Part shown: piece after piece, positions 28,244 to 38,043 of the stretch
How positions within the stretch are numbered: position 1 is the stretch's first letter
Layout of the letters: each line of letters begins with the position of its first letter
Source: Candidatus Komeilibacteria bacterium
GTDB lineage: Bacteria; Patescibacteriota; Patescibacteriia; UBA1558; UBA10009
Reading direction: 5' to 3'
NCBI GenBank assembly: GCA_026396575.1
Contig: JAPLWM010000005.1
Coordinates: 1-59,763 of the forward strand
DNA length: 59,763 nt
Notes under the pieces: model-generated
Told to the model about the DNA's origin: nothing
Database searches by the model: none
The model's input: only the letters and a program-made list of their open reading frames with translations
Made by a program: the position numbers and the translations under genes

Positions 28244-29494
28244 ATGGCAAACGCCGAAATCATTACCGGTTTGGATATCGGCTCTAACAACATTAGAGCG
28301 GTAATTTTACAGCAGTCGTACGCCGGCAATTGGCAAATTATCGGCGCGGCCGAACGGGCGGCCGAAGGCATGGCCAAGGGCATGGTTACCAATATAGAAG
28401 ACCTGGTTTCTTCCATTTCCGAAGTTTTGGAGCAAGCCGAACGCATGACCGGCTTGCCGGTAGAACGGGCGGTGGTGGGCATTTCCGGCACTCATATTAA
28501 AACTTTAAACAGCACCGGCGTCGTGGCGGTGGCCAAGGCCGATAAGGAAATTACCGAAGAAGACGTGGAGCGGGCTATTGAAGCGGCTCAAGCCGTAGCC
28601 ACGCCGGCTAATTACGAAATTTTACACGTTATTCCCAAGGATTTTACGGTGGATAGCCAAACCGGCATCAAGGATCCGGTCGGCATGACCGGCGTTCGGC
28701 TGGAAGTGGCCACGCAGATAATTATCGGCCTGTCTTCCCAAATTAAAAATTTAACCAAATGCGTTTACCGCACCGGCGTGGATATTGCCGATTTGGTTTT
28801 TGGCATTTTAGCCGCCGCCGAAAGCACTTTAACCAAAAAGCAGAAAGAGCTGGGCGTGGCTTTGGTTAATTTCGGCGCCCAAACCACCAGCTTGATTGTT
28901 TATGAAGAAGGCGATGTTTTGCATACGGCGGTTTTGCCCGTGGGCTCCAACCATATTACGGCCGATATCGCCATCGGACTCCGAACTTCCATTGAAACGG
29001 CCGAAGCCATAAAATTGGAAGCGGCCAGCGCCGATTTGAAAAAAGTTTCCAAGCGCGATGAAATCGATCTGGCCAAGTTTTCCACTACCGAAACCGAGCG
29101 CACCCTGGTGCCTTTAAAAAATATTACCGAAATTATCCAAGCCCGGGCCGAGGAAATTTTAGGCATGGTTGATAAGGAATTGAAAAAAATCAATCGTTCG
29201 GGCTTATTGCCTTCGGGCGTGGTTTTAACCGGCGAGGGCGCCAAGCTGCCTGGCTTGCTGGAGCTGGCCAAGGAAAAATTAAAATTGCCGGTTTTTGCCG
29301 GTTTGCCTTTGGGCTTGGAGGAAAATCCCATTGATAAAATTAACGATCCGGCTTATACCACGGCCTTGGGTTTGGCCTTATGGGGCACGCATGGATTAAG
29401 CGGACGCGCCAAACCGCACTTTACGCCCTTTCAGGGTTCGGTGGATCAGGTGGTGGATAAAATTAAAGATTGGTTTAAATCGCTGTTGCCTTAG
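28244..29494 (+). CDS. ftsA: Cell division protein FtsA
   Basis: GLDIGS, DPVGMTGVRLE, GVVLTGEGAKL, C-terminal amphipathic WFKSLLP. Confidence 0.95.
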   Translation: MANAEIITGLDIGSNNIRAVILQQSYAGNWQIIGAAERAAEGMAKGMVTNIEDLVSSISEVLEQAERMTGLPVERAVVGISGTHIKTLNSTGVVAVAKADKEITEEDVERAIEAAQAVATPANYEILHVIPKDFTVDSQTGIKDPVGMTGVRLEVATQIIIGLSSQIKNLTKCVYRTGVDIADLVFGILAAAESTLTKKQKELGVALVNFGAQTTSLIVYEEGDVLHTAVLPVGSNHITADIAIGLRTSIETAEAIKLEAASADLKKVSKRDEIDLAKFSTTETERTLVPLKNITEIIQARAEEILGMVDKELKKINRSGLLPSGVVLTGEGAKLPGLLELAKEKLKLPVFAGLPLGLEENPIDKINDPAYTTALGLALWGTHGLSGRAKPHFTPFQGSVDQVVDKIKDWFKSLLP

Positions 29495-29539
29495 AGCGGG
29501 AAGTTTGACTTATTATCTTTTACCTTTTAAATTACCAAT

Positions 29540-30739
29540 ATGACCAAAGTTAAACCCATGGAAATTAAGCCCGAATTGGAAACCTTTGCCAAAATAAAAG
29601 TTTTAGGCGTGGGCGGATCCGGCGGCAGCGCCATTAACCGGATGATTAAATCAAAAATCAGAGGGGTGGAATTTGTGGCCATTAACACCGACGCCCAGGC
29701 CTTAAACAGCAATAATGCCACTAAAAAAGTCCATATCGGCCGGGCTACTACCAGGGGTTTGGGCGCGGGCATGGATCCGGAGCTGGGGGCGCAAGCCGCT
29801 GAAGAAAACGAGGAAGACATCAAAAACGCCATTGATGAAGCGGATATGGTATTTATTACTTGCGGTTTGGGCGGCGGCACCGGTACCGGCGCGGCGCCGA
29901 TTGTGGCCGATATTGCCAGGGAGGCCGGCGCTTTAACCATTGCCGTTGTTACCAAGCCTTTTAGTTTTGAGGGCGCCCAAAGGCGGAACATTGCCGATCG
30001 GGGTTTGGACAGCTTAATCGATAAGGTGGATACCATTATTACCATTCCCAACGACCGCTTGTTGCAGGTTATTGATAAAAAAACTTCACTCTTGGACGCT
30101 TTTGCCATTGTGGACGAGGTTTTGCACCAGGGCGTGCAGGGCATTTCCGAAATTATTACCATTCCCGGCTTGGTGAATGTGGATTTTGCCGATGTTAAAG
30201 CCATTATGAAGGATGCCGGCAGCGCCTTGATGGGCATTGGCCGAAGTAGCGGCGAGAATCGAGCCGTGGAAGCGGCCCGCAGCGCCATCGATAGCCCGCT
30301 CTTGGAACTTTCCATTAAAGGCGCCAAAGGCGTGTTGTTCACCATTGCCGGCGGCAGCGATTTATCCATGCACGAAGTTAACGAAGCGGCCGAAGTGATT
30401 ACTTCTTCCATTGACCAAAACGCCAAAGTTATTTTTGGCGCGATCATCGACGAATCTTTGGGCGAGGAGATTAAAATCACCGTGATCGCCACCGGCTTCA
30501 GCCCGCACGTTCGGGCGGAAATGGAAAACGAAAGAATGCCAGTGGAAGAGAAAAAGGTTTACGCTCCGGCTTCCGCCGTTCATAAAGTTATGGAAGACAA
30601 GCAATCATTGGCCATGAAAAATCTTTTTTCCAAAAGAACTAAACCCGTGGAAATAAACAAAGTTGACCTGCCTCCCCGCTCCAAGGAAGAGGAGGAGCTG
30701 GACATCCCCGCCTTTATCAGGAAAAAGATGGGAAAATAA
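29540..30739 (+). CDS. ftsZ: Cell division protein FtsZ
   Basis: GGGTGTG tubulin motif, LDIPAFIRKK tail. Confidence 0.97.
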   Translation: MTKVKPMEIKPELETFAKIKVLGVGGSGGSAINRMIKSKIRGVEFVAINTDAQALNSNNATKKVHIGRATTRGLGAGMDPELGAQAAEENEEDIKNAIDEADMVFITCGLGGGTGTGAAPIVADIAREAGALTIAVVTKPFSFEGAQRRNIADRGLDSLIDKVDTIITIPNDRLLQVIDKKTSLLDAFAIVDEVLHQGVQGISEIITIPGLVNVDFADVKAIMKDAGSALMGIGRSSGENRAVEAARSAIDSPLLELSIKGAKGVLFTIAGGSDLSMHEVNEAAEVITSSIDQNAKVIFGAIIDESLGEEIKITVIATGFSPHVRAEMENERMPVEEKKVYAPASAVHKVMEDKQSLAMKNLFSKRTKPVEINKVDLPPRSKEEEELDIPAFIRKKMGK

Positions 30740-30745
30740 TTTTTT

Positions 30746-31198
30746 ATGCGCTGCCCGGTTTGCTTAACGCAAGATACCAAAGTTAACGATTCGCGGCTGG
30801 CGGAAGACGGTTTTGTCATTAAACGCCGGCGAGAATGCCAAAAATGCGGTTTTCGGTTTTCCACTTTTGAACAGCCGGAGATTTTAAATTTGGTGGTCAT
30901 TAAGAGAAACGGCGGCAAGGAGCCGTATTTGCGGGAAAAGCTGGAGGGCGGCTTAAAGAAGTCTTTGGAAAAGCGGCCTTATACCCAGGAGCGGTTCAAA
31001 AAACTGATCAATACCGTGGAGCGGGATATCCAAAAAAGAAAAGACGACGAAATTACCAGCAACGAGATCGGAGAGATTGTGATGAAGCGTTTGAAAACTT
31101 TCGATAAAATCGCCTATATCCGCTTTGCCTCGGTTTACCGGGCTTTTGAAGACGTTAAAACTTTTCAGCGGGAATTAAACAGCTTGTTAAAAAAATAA
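30746..31198 (+). CDS. nrdR: Transcriptional repressor NrdR
   Basis: MRCPVC, RRRECQKCGFRFSTFE, AYIRFASVY. Confidence 0.95.
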   Translation: MRCPVCLTQDTKVNDSRLAEDGFVIKRRRECQKCGFRFSTFEQPEILNLVVIKRNGGKEPYLREKLEGGLKKSLEKRPYTQERFKKLINTVERDIQKRKDDEITSNEIGEIVMKRLKTFDKIAYIRFASVYRAFEDVKTFQRELNSLLKK

Positions 31199-31203
31199 GC
31201 CAT

Positions 31204-31680
31204 ATGTTCGAGCATTTTAACAGGACCACGGGCATAATTATCGCCCTGGCCATGGCGGTAATTGTTTGGACTGCCGGAGTAATTATCGGCCAGGAGCAAA
31301 CCTTAATCATTTTAAATCCGGATCAGGATTTAACGGCAATTTTTAGCCGTTCGCCTAAAATTACCGTTAATTTGATGCTGGATTATCAAGACGGCCGGGT
31401 CCAAGTTTTTCCCGAGGCGCCCTTAACTTACGGCCAGTCCGTTTTTAATTTATTGAACCAATTGGCTCAAAATCCGGCTAACCAACTGGATTTTAGTTAT
31501 AATTTAAATTCCGCCACCGGCCAGTTGGAAAATTTTTCCATTAGCGGGCTGACTAACTCGGCCGGCGGGCGAAAATAGCAGATCTGGCTTAATAACGGCT
31601 TGCAAACCAAAGCCCTGACGGCGGTTAAACTTAAAGCCCGCGATCTGATTGAATTAAAATATATTAAATTAAAAGAATAA
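31204..31680 (+). pseudogene. DUF4430-like exported protein interrupted by an in-frame TAG (31576-31578)
   Basis: Frame continues GGRK*QIWLNNG..LKARDLIELKY to TAA 31680, resembling the W.YWVNG motif; likely TGG>TAG. Confidence 0.6.
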
Positions 31681-31683
31681 CCT

Positions 31684-32055
31684 ATGACCAACTTTCAAGG
31701 CGCTCCTTTGGAAGACCAGATAAAAAAATTATTGGAGCAGAATCTGGCCTATTCGCAGCAGATTTATTTGATTACCAAAAAGCTGAAAAGCTACATGTTC
31801 TGGGGCCGGATTATGGGCTATGTCAGCATTGCCTTGGTGGTACTGCCGATTATTATCAGCATTATTTTTCTGCCCACCCTGCTTAACGGGCTGATGGGTA
31901 CCATTGCTCCCGGCGGTTTGGAATCATCAAGCGGCGGAGTCAATAGTTTATTGCAAGGCACCAACCTTAATCAGAGCGATTTATTGAATAGCATTAAAAA
32001 TAACGGCGGCATCATCAATTCTTATAAGAGCATTTTGGATTCCTATAAACAATAA
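31684..32055 (+). CDS. Hypothetical membrane protein
   Basis: 123-aa ORF with a central hydrophobic segment, operonic spacing. Confidence 0.7.
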   Translation: MTNFQGAPLEDQIKKLLEQNLAYSQQIYLITKKLKSYMFWGRIMGYVSIALVVLPIIISIIFLPTLLNGLMGTIAPGGLESSSGGVNSLLQGTNLNQSDLLNSIKNNGGIINSYKSILDSYKQ

Positions 32056-32066
32056 CCGTTAAATAT

Positions 32067-33365
32067 ATGGAAAAAGAAAAACCTATCTCCGCTTCCTGGC
32101 GGGGATATTTCATCCCAATCATTATCGTCAGTTTAATTGTCGGCGCTTTGAGCGGCGGCATTGCCGGATTGGTTTCGGCCAGTTTATTTTCCGGCTCCTT
32201 GGGGCAATGGATAAATAATCCCTTGGGCCTGGCCAAAAAAATCATTACTTTGCCAAATCAAAACCAAAATACCAACGGCAGTTTAACGGTGCCGCCTAAA
32301 GTTTTGGATGAAGAATCGGCCACCACCGCGGCCGTAACTCATGTTTCGCCGGCCGTGGTTTCGGTGGTTATCTCCAAAGAGGTTTCGCAGAATACCAATA
32401 TTATTGACCCCAACTCGCCTTTTAACAATGATTTTTTCAACCAGTTTTTTAATACCGCCCCTACGCCCCAGCAGCCTTCCAGCGGCACTCCGCAAAAACA
32501 AGTAGTGGGCGGCGGCACCGGTTTTATTGTTACGTCCGACGGTTTGATCGTGACCAACAAGCACGTGGTGGCCGACACGGCCGCCGATTATTCGGTGGTT
32601 AGAAACGACGGCAAGAGCTATCCGGCCAAAGTGGTGGCGCGCGATCCCTTTAACGACGTGGCTTTCTTAAAAATTGAAGCCAGCGGTTTGCCCACGGTTA
32701 GCCTGGGTGATTCCGATAAAGTTCAAGTCGGCCAAACGGTGATTGCCATCGGCTTTTCTTTGGGCGAATATTCCAACTCGGTTACCAAAGGCATAATTTC
32801 TGGCATTGGCCGGAGCATTGTGGCCGGCTCCTCGGGCGGCAGTGAAAATCTGCAAAACGTCATTCAAACCGATGCAGCCATTAATCCTGGCAATTCCGGC
32901 GGCCCGTTGATTAACTTGCAAGGCCAGGTAATCGGCATTAACACGGCTATCAATCAATCCGGCCAGCTGGTGGGTTTTGCTTTGCCCATTAACCAGGTTA
33001 AGCAGGTTATTCAGAGCGTTAAAGCCACCGGCAAAATCGTCAGGCCGTATTTGGGCGTTAGATACGTGGCCATTACCGAGGATTTGGCCGGCAAGAACAA
33101 TTTGCCTTATAAATACGGCGTCTTAATTACCCGCGGGCAAACCAGTTCGGAACTGGCCATTATGCCGGGCTCACCCGCTAACCTTGCCGGTTTGGAAGAA
33201 AACGATATTATTTTGTCCATTAACGGCATTAAGCTGGATGCCGATCATTCTTTGGCCGACGAAGTGGCCAAAAAAAAGCCGGGCGACAGCATTAAATTGC
33301 GCGTTTATCATAAAGGCCAGGAAAAAGATGTGACTATTATTTTGGCCGAATATCCCAATTCTTAA
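32067..33365 (+). CDS. HtrA/DegP-family serine protease with PDZ domain
   Basis: TNKHVV, QTDAAINPGNSGGPL, C-terminal PDZ. Confidence 0.93.
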   Translation: MEKEKPISASWRGYFIPIIIVSLIVGALSGGIAGLVSASLFSGSLGQWINNPLGLAKKIITLPNQNQNTNGSLTVPPKVLDEESATTAAVTHVSPAVVSVVISKEVSQNTNIIDPNSPFNNDFFNQFFNTAPTPQQPSSGTPQKQVVGGGTGFIVTSDGLIVTNKHVVADTAADYSVVRNDGKSYPAKVVARDPFNDVAFLKIEASGLPTVSLGDSDKVQVGQTVIAIGFSLGEYSNSVTKGIISGIGRSIVAGSSGGSENLQNVIQTDAAINPGNSGGPLINLQGQVIGINTAINQSGQLVGFALPINQVKQVIQSVKATGKIVRPYLGVRYVAITEDLAGKNNLPYKYGVLITRGQTSSELAIMPGSPANLAGLEENDIILSINGIKLDADHSLADEVAKKKPGDSIKLRVYHKGQEKDVTIILAEYPNS

Positions 33366-34457
33366 ATGAGTGAAATTCTAAGCAAGGTCAAGGAATTGCA
33401 GGAAAAAATTTCCGGTTTAAAAAGCCGGGTGAATTTGGCGTCCAAGCAGGGCGAGATTAAAAGTTTGGAGAGCGAAATGAATGAACCTTCTTTTTGGCAA
33501 GACCGGGCAAGGGCGCGTTTTATTTCCCAGCAAGTGGCCGATTTAAAAAATGAAGTTGCCGTTTGGGAGAATCTAGAGCGGGAAGCCAACGATTTATTGG
33601 CTTTGGCCTGGGAAGACGATCAAGATAAAACCGTTGATTTAACTCCGGAAGTGGCGGAGCAATTCAATAAAATCAGCCGGCGGTTTGCCGAATTGGAACT
33701 GCAAACCGTCTTAACAGGAAAATATGATGCCTTAAACGCCGTTATTTCCATTTATGCCGGCGCCGGCGGCACCGAAGCGCAGGATTGGGCGGAAATGCTG
33801 CTTAGGATGTATTTGCGGTTTTGTGAAAAGCGGAAATGGCAAGCCAAGGTTATTGACGAATCCCGCGGCTTGGAAGCCGGCTTAAAAAGCGTAACTTTGG
33901 AAATCAAAGGCAGCTATGTTTACGGCTATTTAAAAGCCGAATCCGGCGTGCATCGTTTGGTGCGCCTTTCGCCGTTTGACGCCGACCATGCCCGGCACAC
34001 TTCCTTTGCCATGGCGGAAGTAACGCCCGAGGTGGAACAGGCCTCTTTTGAAATCAAGGACGAGGATTTAAAAATCGAAACCAATACCGCCACTGGCCAT
34101 GGCGGCCAAAGCGTTAACACCACTTATTCCGCCATCAGGATTACCCATCTTCCTACCGGCATTAAAACTTCCTGCCAAAACGAAAGATCCCAGTCGCAAA
34201 ACAAGGAAACGGCCATGAAAGTTTTAAAAGGCAAGCTGGCCAAATATTACGAAACCCAGGTGGAAGAGGAGCGTTTGCGTTTGCGCGGCGAACTGACCGA
34301 GGCGGCCTGGGGCAACCAGATCCGCTCTTATGTTTTGCATCCCTACAAAATGGTCAAGGATCATCGCACCGATTACGAGGAGCACGATCCGGAGCGCGTG
34401 CTGGGCGGCGAGCTGGATAATTTTATTGAACAGTATTTAAAGAGCCAAGTAAAATAA
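33366..34457 (+). CDS. prfB: Peptide chain release factor 2
   Basis: SPF anticodon motif, GGQ, WGNQIRSY; uninterrupted frame. Confidence 0.95.
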   Translation: MSEILSKVKELQEKISGLKSRVNLASKQGEIKSLESEMNEPSFWQDRARARFISQQVADLKNEVAVWENLEREANDLLALAWEDDQDKTVDLTPEVAEQFNKISRRFAELELQTVLTGKYDALNAVISIYAGAGGTEAQDWAEMLLRMYLRFCEKRKWQAKVIDESRGLEAGLKSVTLEIKGSYVYGYLKAESGVHRLVRLSPFDADHARHTSFAMAEVTPEVEQASFEIKDEDLKIETNTATGHGGQSVNTTYSAIRITHLPTGIKTSCQNERSQSQNKETAMKVLKGKLAKYYETQVEEERLRLRGELTEAAWGNQIRSYVLHPYKMVKDHRTDYEEHDPERVLGGELDNFIEQYLKSQVK

Positions 34458-34463
34458 ATTTAT

Positions 34464-34498
34464 AAAAAAAGGGCAGTGTTGCAACTGTCCTTTGTTTT
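34464..34498. terminator. Bidirectional intrinsic terminator
   Basis: A-run gggcag..ctgtcc T-run between convergent genes. Confidence 0.7.
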
Positions 34499-34504
34499 GC
34501 CTGG

Positions 34505-34633
34505 TTAGGGGGCCGGCTGGCCGCTGATGAGTGAAAAAATCGAGGGAGCGAAGATAATCACGGCCATGAAAACGACAATCGTGATGATTACCGTCCAGAT
34601 TGAATTTTTGCCGTCTTGTTTTGCGGAATCCAT
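34505..34633 (-). CDS. Unannotated 42-aa single-TM small protein
   Basis: MDSAKQDGKNSIWTVIITIVVFMAVIIFAPSIFSLISGQPAP; AAGGAG SD 6 nt upstream; TTGACA-17-TAAGAT promoter at 34709-34681. Confidence 0.75.
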   Translation of the reverse strand: MDSAKQDGKNSIWTVIITIVVFMAVIIFAPSIFSLISGQPAP

Positions 34634-34737
34634 TGTTTACTCCTTGGGAAATGCAAATGATACGATGTTCAATTTAATGTATCTTATTCTTAAATCATCT
34701 CTTTGTCAAGGTATATTATTTGTTGTAGAATAAACCT

Positions 34738-36141
34738 ATGCAACTTAATTTATATAACACCTTAATCCGCCAAAAAGGCGAGTTTAAACCTTTGCACGGC
34801 AAAAAAGTGGGTTTATACACCTGCGGACCAACGGTTTACAACTATGCCCATCTTGGCAATTTGCGCACCTATATTTTTGAAGATGTTTTGCGCCGGGTTT
34901 TGGAATACAATAATTACAAAGTTAAGCAGGTAATGAACATTACCGACGTCGGTCATTTAACTTCAGATGCCGATACCGGTGAAGATAAATTGGAAAAAGG
35001 CGCGCACCGGGAAGGCAAATCGGTTTGGGAAATTGCCGAATTTTATACCAAAGCGTTTAAGCAGGATTTAAAAGATTTGAATATTGAAGAACCGTCTGTT
35101 TGGTGCAAAGCCACGGATTATATTAAAGAGCAGATTGATTTTGTAAAAAAACTTGAAAAAAAGGGTTTAACCTATAAAATTTCGGATGGCATTTATTTTG
35201 ATACTGCAAAATATCCGGATTACGTTAAACTGGCCAAGCTTAATTTGGCCGGCCAGCAGGCAGGCGCGCGCGTGGAAGTTAATAATGAAAAGAAAAATCC
35301 CACCGATTTTGCTTTATGGAAATTCAGTCCAAAAGATTCACCCTTCGACGCGGCTCAGGATGACGCCGCCAAGCGGCGTCAAATGGAATGGCAGTCGCCT
35401 TGGGGTATGGGTTTTCCGGGCTGGCATTTGGAATGCAGCGCCATGAGCATAAAAAAATTGGGCAAAGAATTTGATATCCATTGCGGCGGCATAGACCACG
35501 TGCCGGTTCATCACACCAACGAACGCGCTCAAAATTGGGGTTTATCGGGCCAGGAAGTTGTTAAATGGTGGCTGCATGGTGAATTTTTAGTTTTAGGCGA
35601 AGGTAAAATGGCCAAGTCCGAAGGCAATTTTATTACCTTGCAAACTTTAAAAGAAAAAAATATCAATCCCTTGGCTTACCGTTATTTTTGTTTGCAGGCG
35701 CATTATAGGTCCAAGCTTAATTTTTCATGGGAAGCGCTAACAGCGGCGCAAAACGGTTATGATAATCTAATTAAAGAAATTTCAATTTTAGATAAATCGA
35801 AAGGTGCTTGTAAAGAATTGGAAGAAAAGTTTCAAGCCGCCATTAATGACGATTTAAATATGCCTATGGCTTTAGCGGTATTGCAGGAAGTTTTAAAGTG
35901 CGCTTGCCCGTCCGCAGCCAAGCGGGCCAGCATAATTAAATTTGACAAAGTTTTGGGTTTGGAGTTAAATCAGTATAAAGTTGCCAAAACCATTAGTCCG
36001 GAAATTCAACAATTAATTGATGAGCGGCAAGCGGCTAGAAAAAACAAGGATTACCAGAAAGCCGATGAATTGCGGCAAATCCTTGAACAAAAGGGGATTA
36101 GGGTTAAGGATCTACCAGGTGGCGGGCACGAAATTGAGTAG
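34738..36141 (+). CDS. cysS: Cysteinyl-tRNA synthetase
   Basis: [23 protein letters not shown]. Confidence 0.96.
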   Translation: MQLNLYNTLIRQKGEFKPLHGKKVGLYTCGPTVYNYAHLGNLRTYIFEDVLRRVLEYNNYKVKQVMNITDVGHLTSDADTGEDKLEKGAHREGKSVWEIAEFYTKAFKQDLKDLNIEEPSVWCKATDYIKEQIDFVKKLEKKGLTYKISDGIYFDTAKYPDYVKLAKLNLAGQQAGARVEVNNEKKNPTDFALWKFSPKDSPFDAAQDDAAKRRQMEWQSPWGMGFPGWHLECSAMSIKKLGKEFDIHCGGIDHVPVHHTNERAQNWGLSGQEVVKWWLHGEFLVLGEGKMAKSEGNFITLQTLKEKNINPLAYRYFCLQAHYRSKLNFSWEALTAAQNGYDNLIKEISILDKSKGACKELEEKFQAAINDDLNMPMALAVLQEVLKCACPSAAKRASIIKFDKVLGLELNQYKVAKTISPEIQQLIDERQAARKNKDYQKADELRQILEQKGIRVKDLPGGGHEIE

Positions 36142-36215
36142 CCGCCTTAACATCCTTAGGTTACGGTATAAGATTATTATGTAGAGAGTTTTTAACTTAA
36201 TTTATTTATAAACTT

Positions 36216-37394
36216 ATGTCTATTGAAAGCATTAAAAACAGCGAACCATCAAACCAGGACGTAAAATTTTCTCCTGAAGCTCAGGATAGCTCTAAAAAAG
36301 GCGGAAGCATTGATGATGCAGTAAACCGCTTGGAAGCAAAAGTTTTACTCTCTCTCAGCGAAACTGAAAAATTACTTGAGGCCAAAGTTGTTGAACACGA
36401 TCAGTTACAGTTAAAATTAAAAGACATTGAAGCATTAAATGGAAATGCTCAAACTAATTATGAAAGATTAAAAAAACTTCAAGAATTGTCCTCCAATGAT
36501 CAGGAAGTTAAAGAGCTCTTAGAAAGAGTAGAAGGCGATTTAATTGAGTTAGCCGGCCAACGTAAGGATATTGAAGGTCGGTTGACAGGCATTAAAGCCG
36601 TACCGGAGGTGGCTGAAAAAATATTTAAGAAAGCTCAAACCAAACGTGAACAAGAAGGTAAGGATCTTGAGGCATTTATTGATCAAATGAAAAAGAAAGT
36701 TTTAGCCAAAGCGGATGAGCTGGTCCAAAAGATTTTTGTCTTGGGCGTAGAAGCGAGAAAAATTTATCTTGAAAATGGTCAACAAAGCCAAAAACAGACT
36801 AAAGAACAGCGCTTGCTTTACGGGATTTGTGATCAAGTCAGGTAGGATTTGGGGTCTAAAGAAGCCGAGGTGCCGGAGCTGCAACAATTTTTTAAACACA
36901 CCAGCGCAGACAATGCCGAGGCTTTATTACGCGCGGCAGAAGGCATCAAAGTCGGTTGGTTTGGCAACAAAGGCTTAAAACAGTTATCATCAGCGGAAAC
37001 CAAATCAGCTTTGCAAAATTTTATCGTTGAAACTAGAAAATATGAGGAAACTTCAAAAGCTTCGGGCAAGGCCACGTCTGCTGAATTCGGCCAAGCCGCC
37101 TATGAGGACGCGGAGCGCCTTCTTTTAAACTCCGTAACGGAGGAAGAATATCAAAAAATAATTAAGTATAATCAAAACACTAGCGATTTAAGAAGCAGTG
37201 TAATGAGGGATGTAGAAAAATATATAAATTCGGCTGTGGGGAAATTAAAGCAAGCTCCCGAAGTCCAAAAATCTTTGCAAGATAACAATTGGAACAGCTG
37301 GGGTAATATTTTGGATGGGGTAAATAACGCTATCAGGAGCACAACGTATGGAGTCCCTAAGGGTTTTAAAGGAAAGGAAAAAGCGGAAAATTAA
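36216..37394 (+). pseudogene. Coiled-coil hypothetical protein split by one in-frame TAG (36843-36845)
   Basis: ORFs 36216-36845 and 36849-37394 share a frame; the second has only a weak TTG start. Confidence 0.55.
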
Positions 37395-37409
37395 ATAGTA
37401 TAATATTAT

Positions 37410-37468
37410 AAAAAACAGGGTCAAATTTAGGGCAATTCGTGAATTGCCCTTACACGGCTCTGTTTTTT
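37410..37468. repeat. Terminator-like inverted repeat with an inner REP-like palindrome
   Basis: aaaaaacagggtc / ggctctgtttttt enclosing agggcaattc-gt-gaattgccct (37429-37450). Confidence 0.75.
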
Positions 37469-37475
37469 TATTTTT

Positions 37476-38042
37476 ATGACCCTATTCAGAAATAAATATC
37501 GCGTGGAATCGATTAGGTTGAAAGAATATGATTATTCGCAACCCGGTTATTATTTTATAACCATATGTATCAGGCAACGTAAATGTATTTTTGGGGAAAT
37601 TGTTGATAATTATATGCAATTATCGGTCAGGGGTATGATTATTAAAAAATTTTTCCAGCAAATTGGACAATATTTTAATAATGTGGGAATTGATATATAT
37701 GCGATAATGCCGAATCACATTCACGCCATAATTATCATTAAAGATGTTGTTGATGTGGATAATGGTGTTGTTAATTATTGTAGAGACGGGGTTATCCCGT
37801 CTCTACAAATGGAAAAATCCGCAATTAATAAACCAACATTGGGTCAAATTATAGGATATTTTAAATACCAAACAACAAAAAATATTAATCAAATTAATAA
37901 AACAGTTGGGATAAAAATATGGCAACCACGATATTATGAACATATTATTCGCGATGATGATGGTTTGAATAAAATACGGCAATACATCCTTAATAATCCT
38001 AAAAATTGGAATTTAGATAAAAATAATCCGGAACATTGTTAA
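37476..38042 (+). mobile_element. REP-associated tyrosine transposase (RAYT, IS200/Y1 family)
   Basis: RLKEYDYSQPGYYFITIC, MPNHIH (HUH), WQPRYYEHIIR, YILNNP; internal palindrome ttgtagagacggg-gttat-cccgtctctacaa (37778-37808). Confidence 0.9.
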
Positions 38043-38043
38043 T

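Noticed and set aside
29527-30492. 321-aa antisense ORF, and many similar shadow ORFs in the track
   Set aside because: Mirror frames of conserved genes such as ftsZ, with no motifs of their own.
34527-34733. 68-aa + strand ORF
   Set aside because: The opposite-strand 42-aa ORF has the promoter, SD and terminator; this one has none.
18019-36845. Amber (TAG) recoding or readthrough, suggested by in-frame TAGs at 18019, 31576 and 36843
   Set aside because: TAG terminates ftsA at its natural C-terminus, and also cysS and the REase. The gene after 18021 has its own ATG and signal peptide, so that frame match is likely chance.
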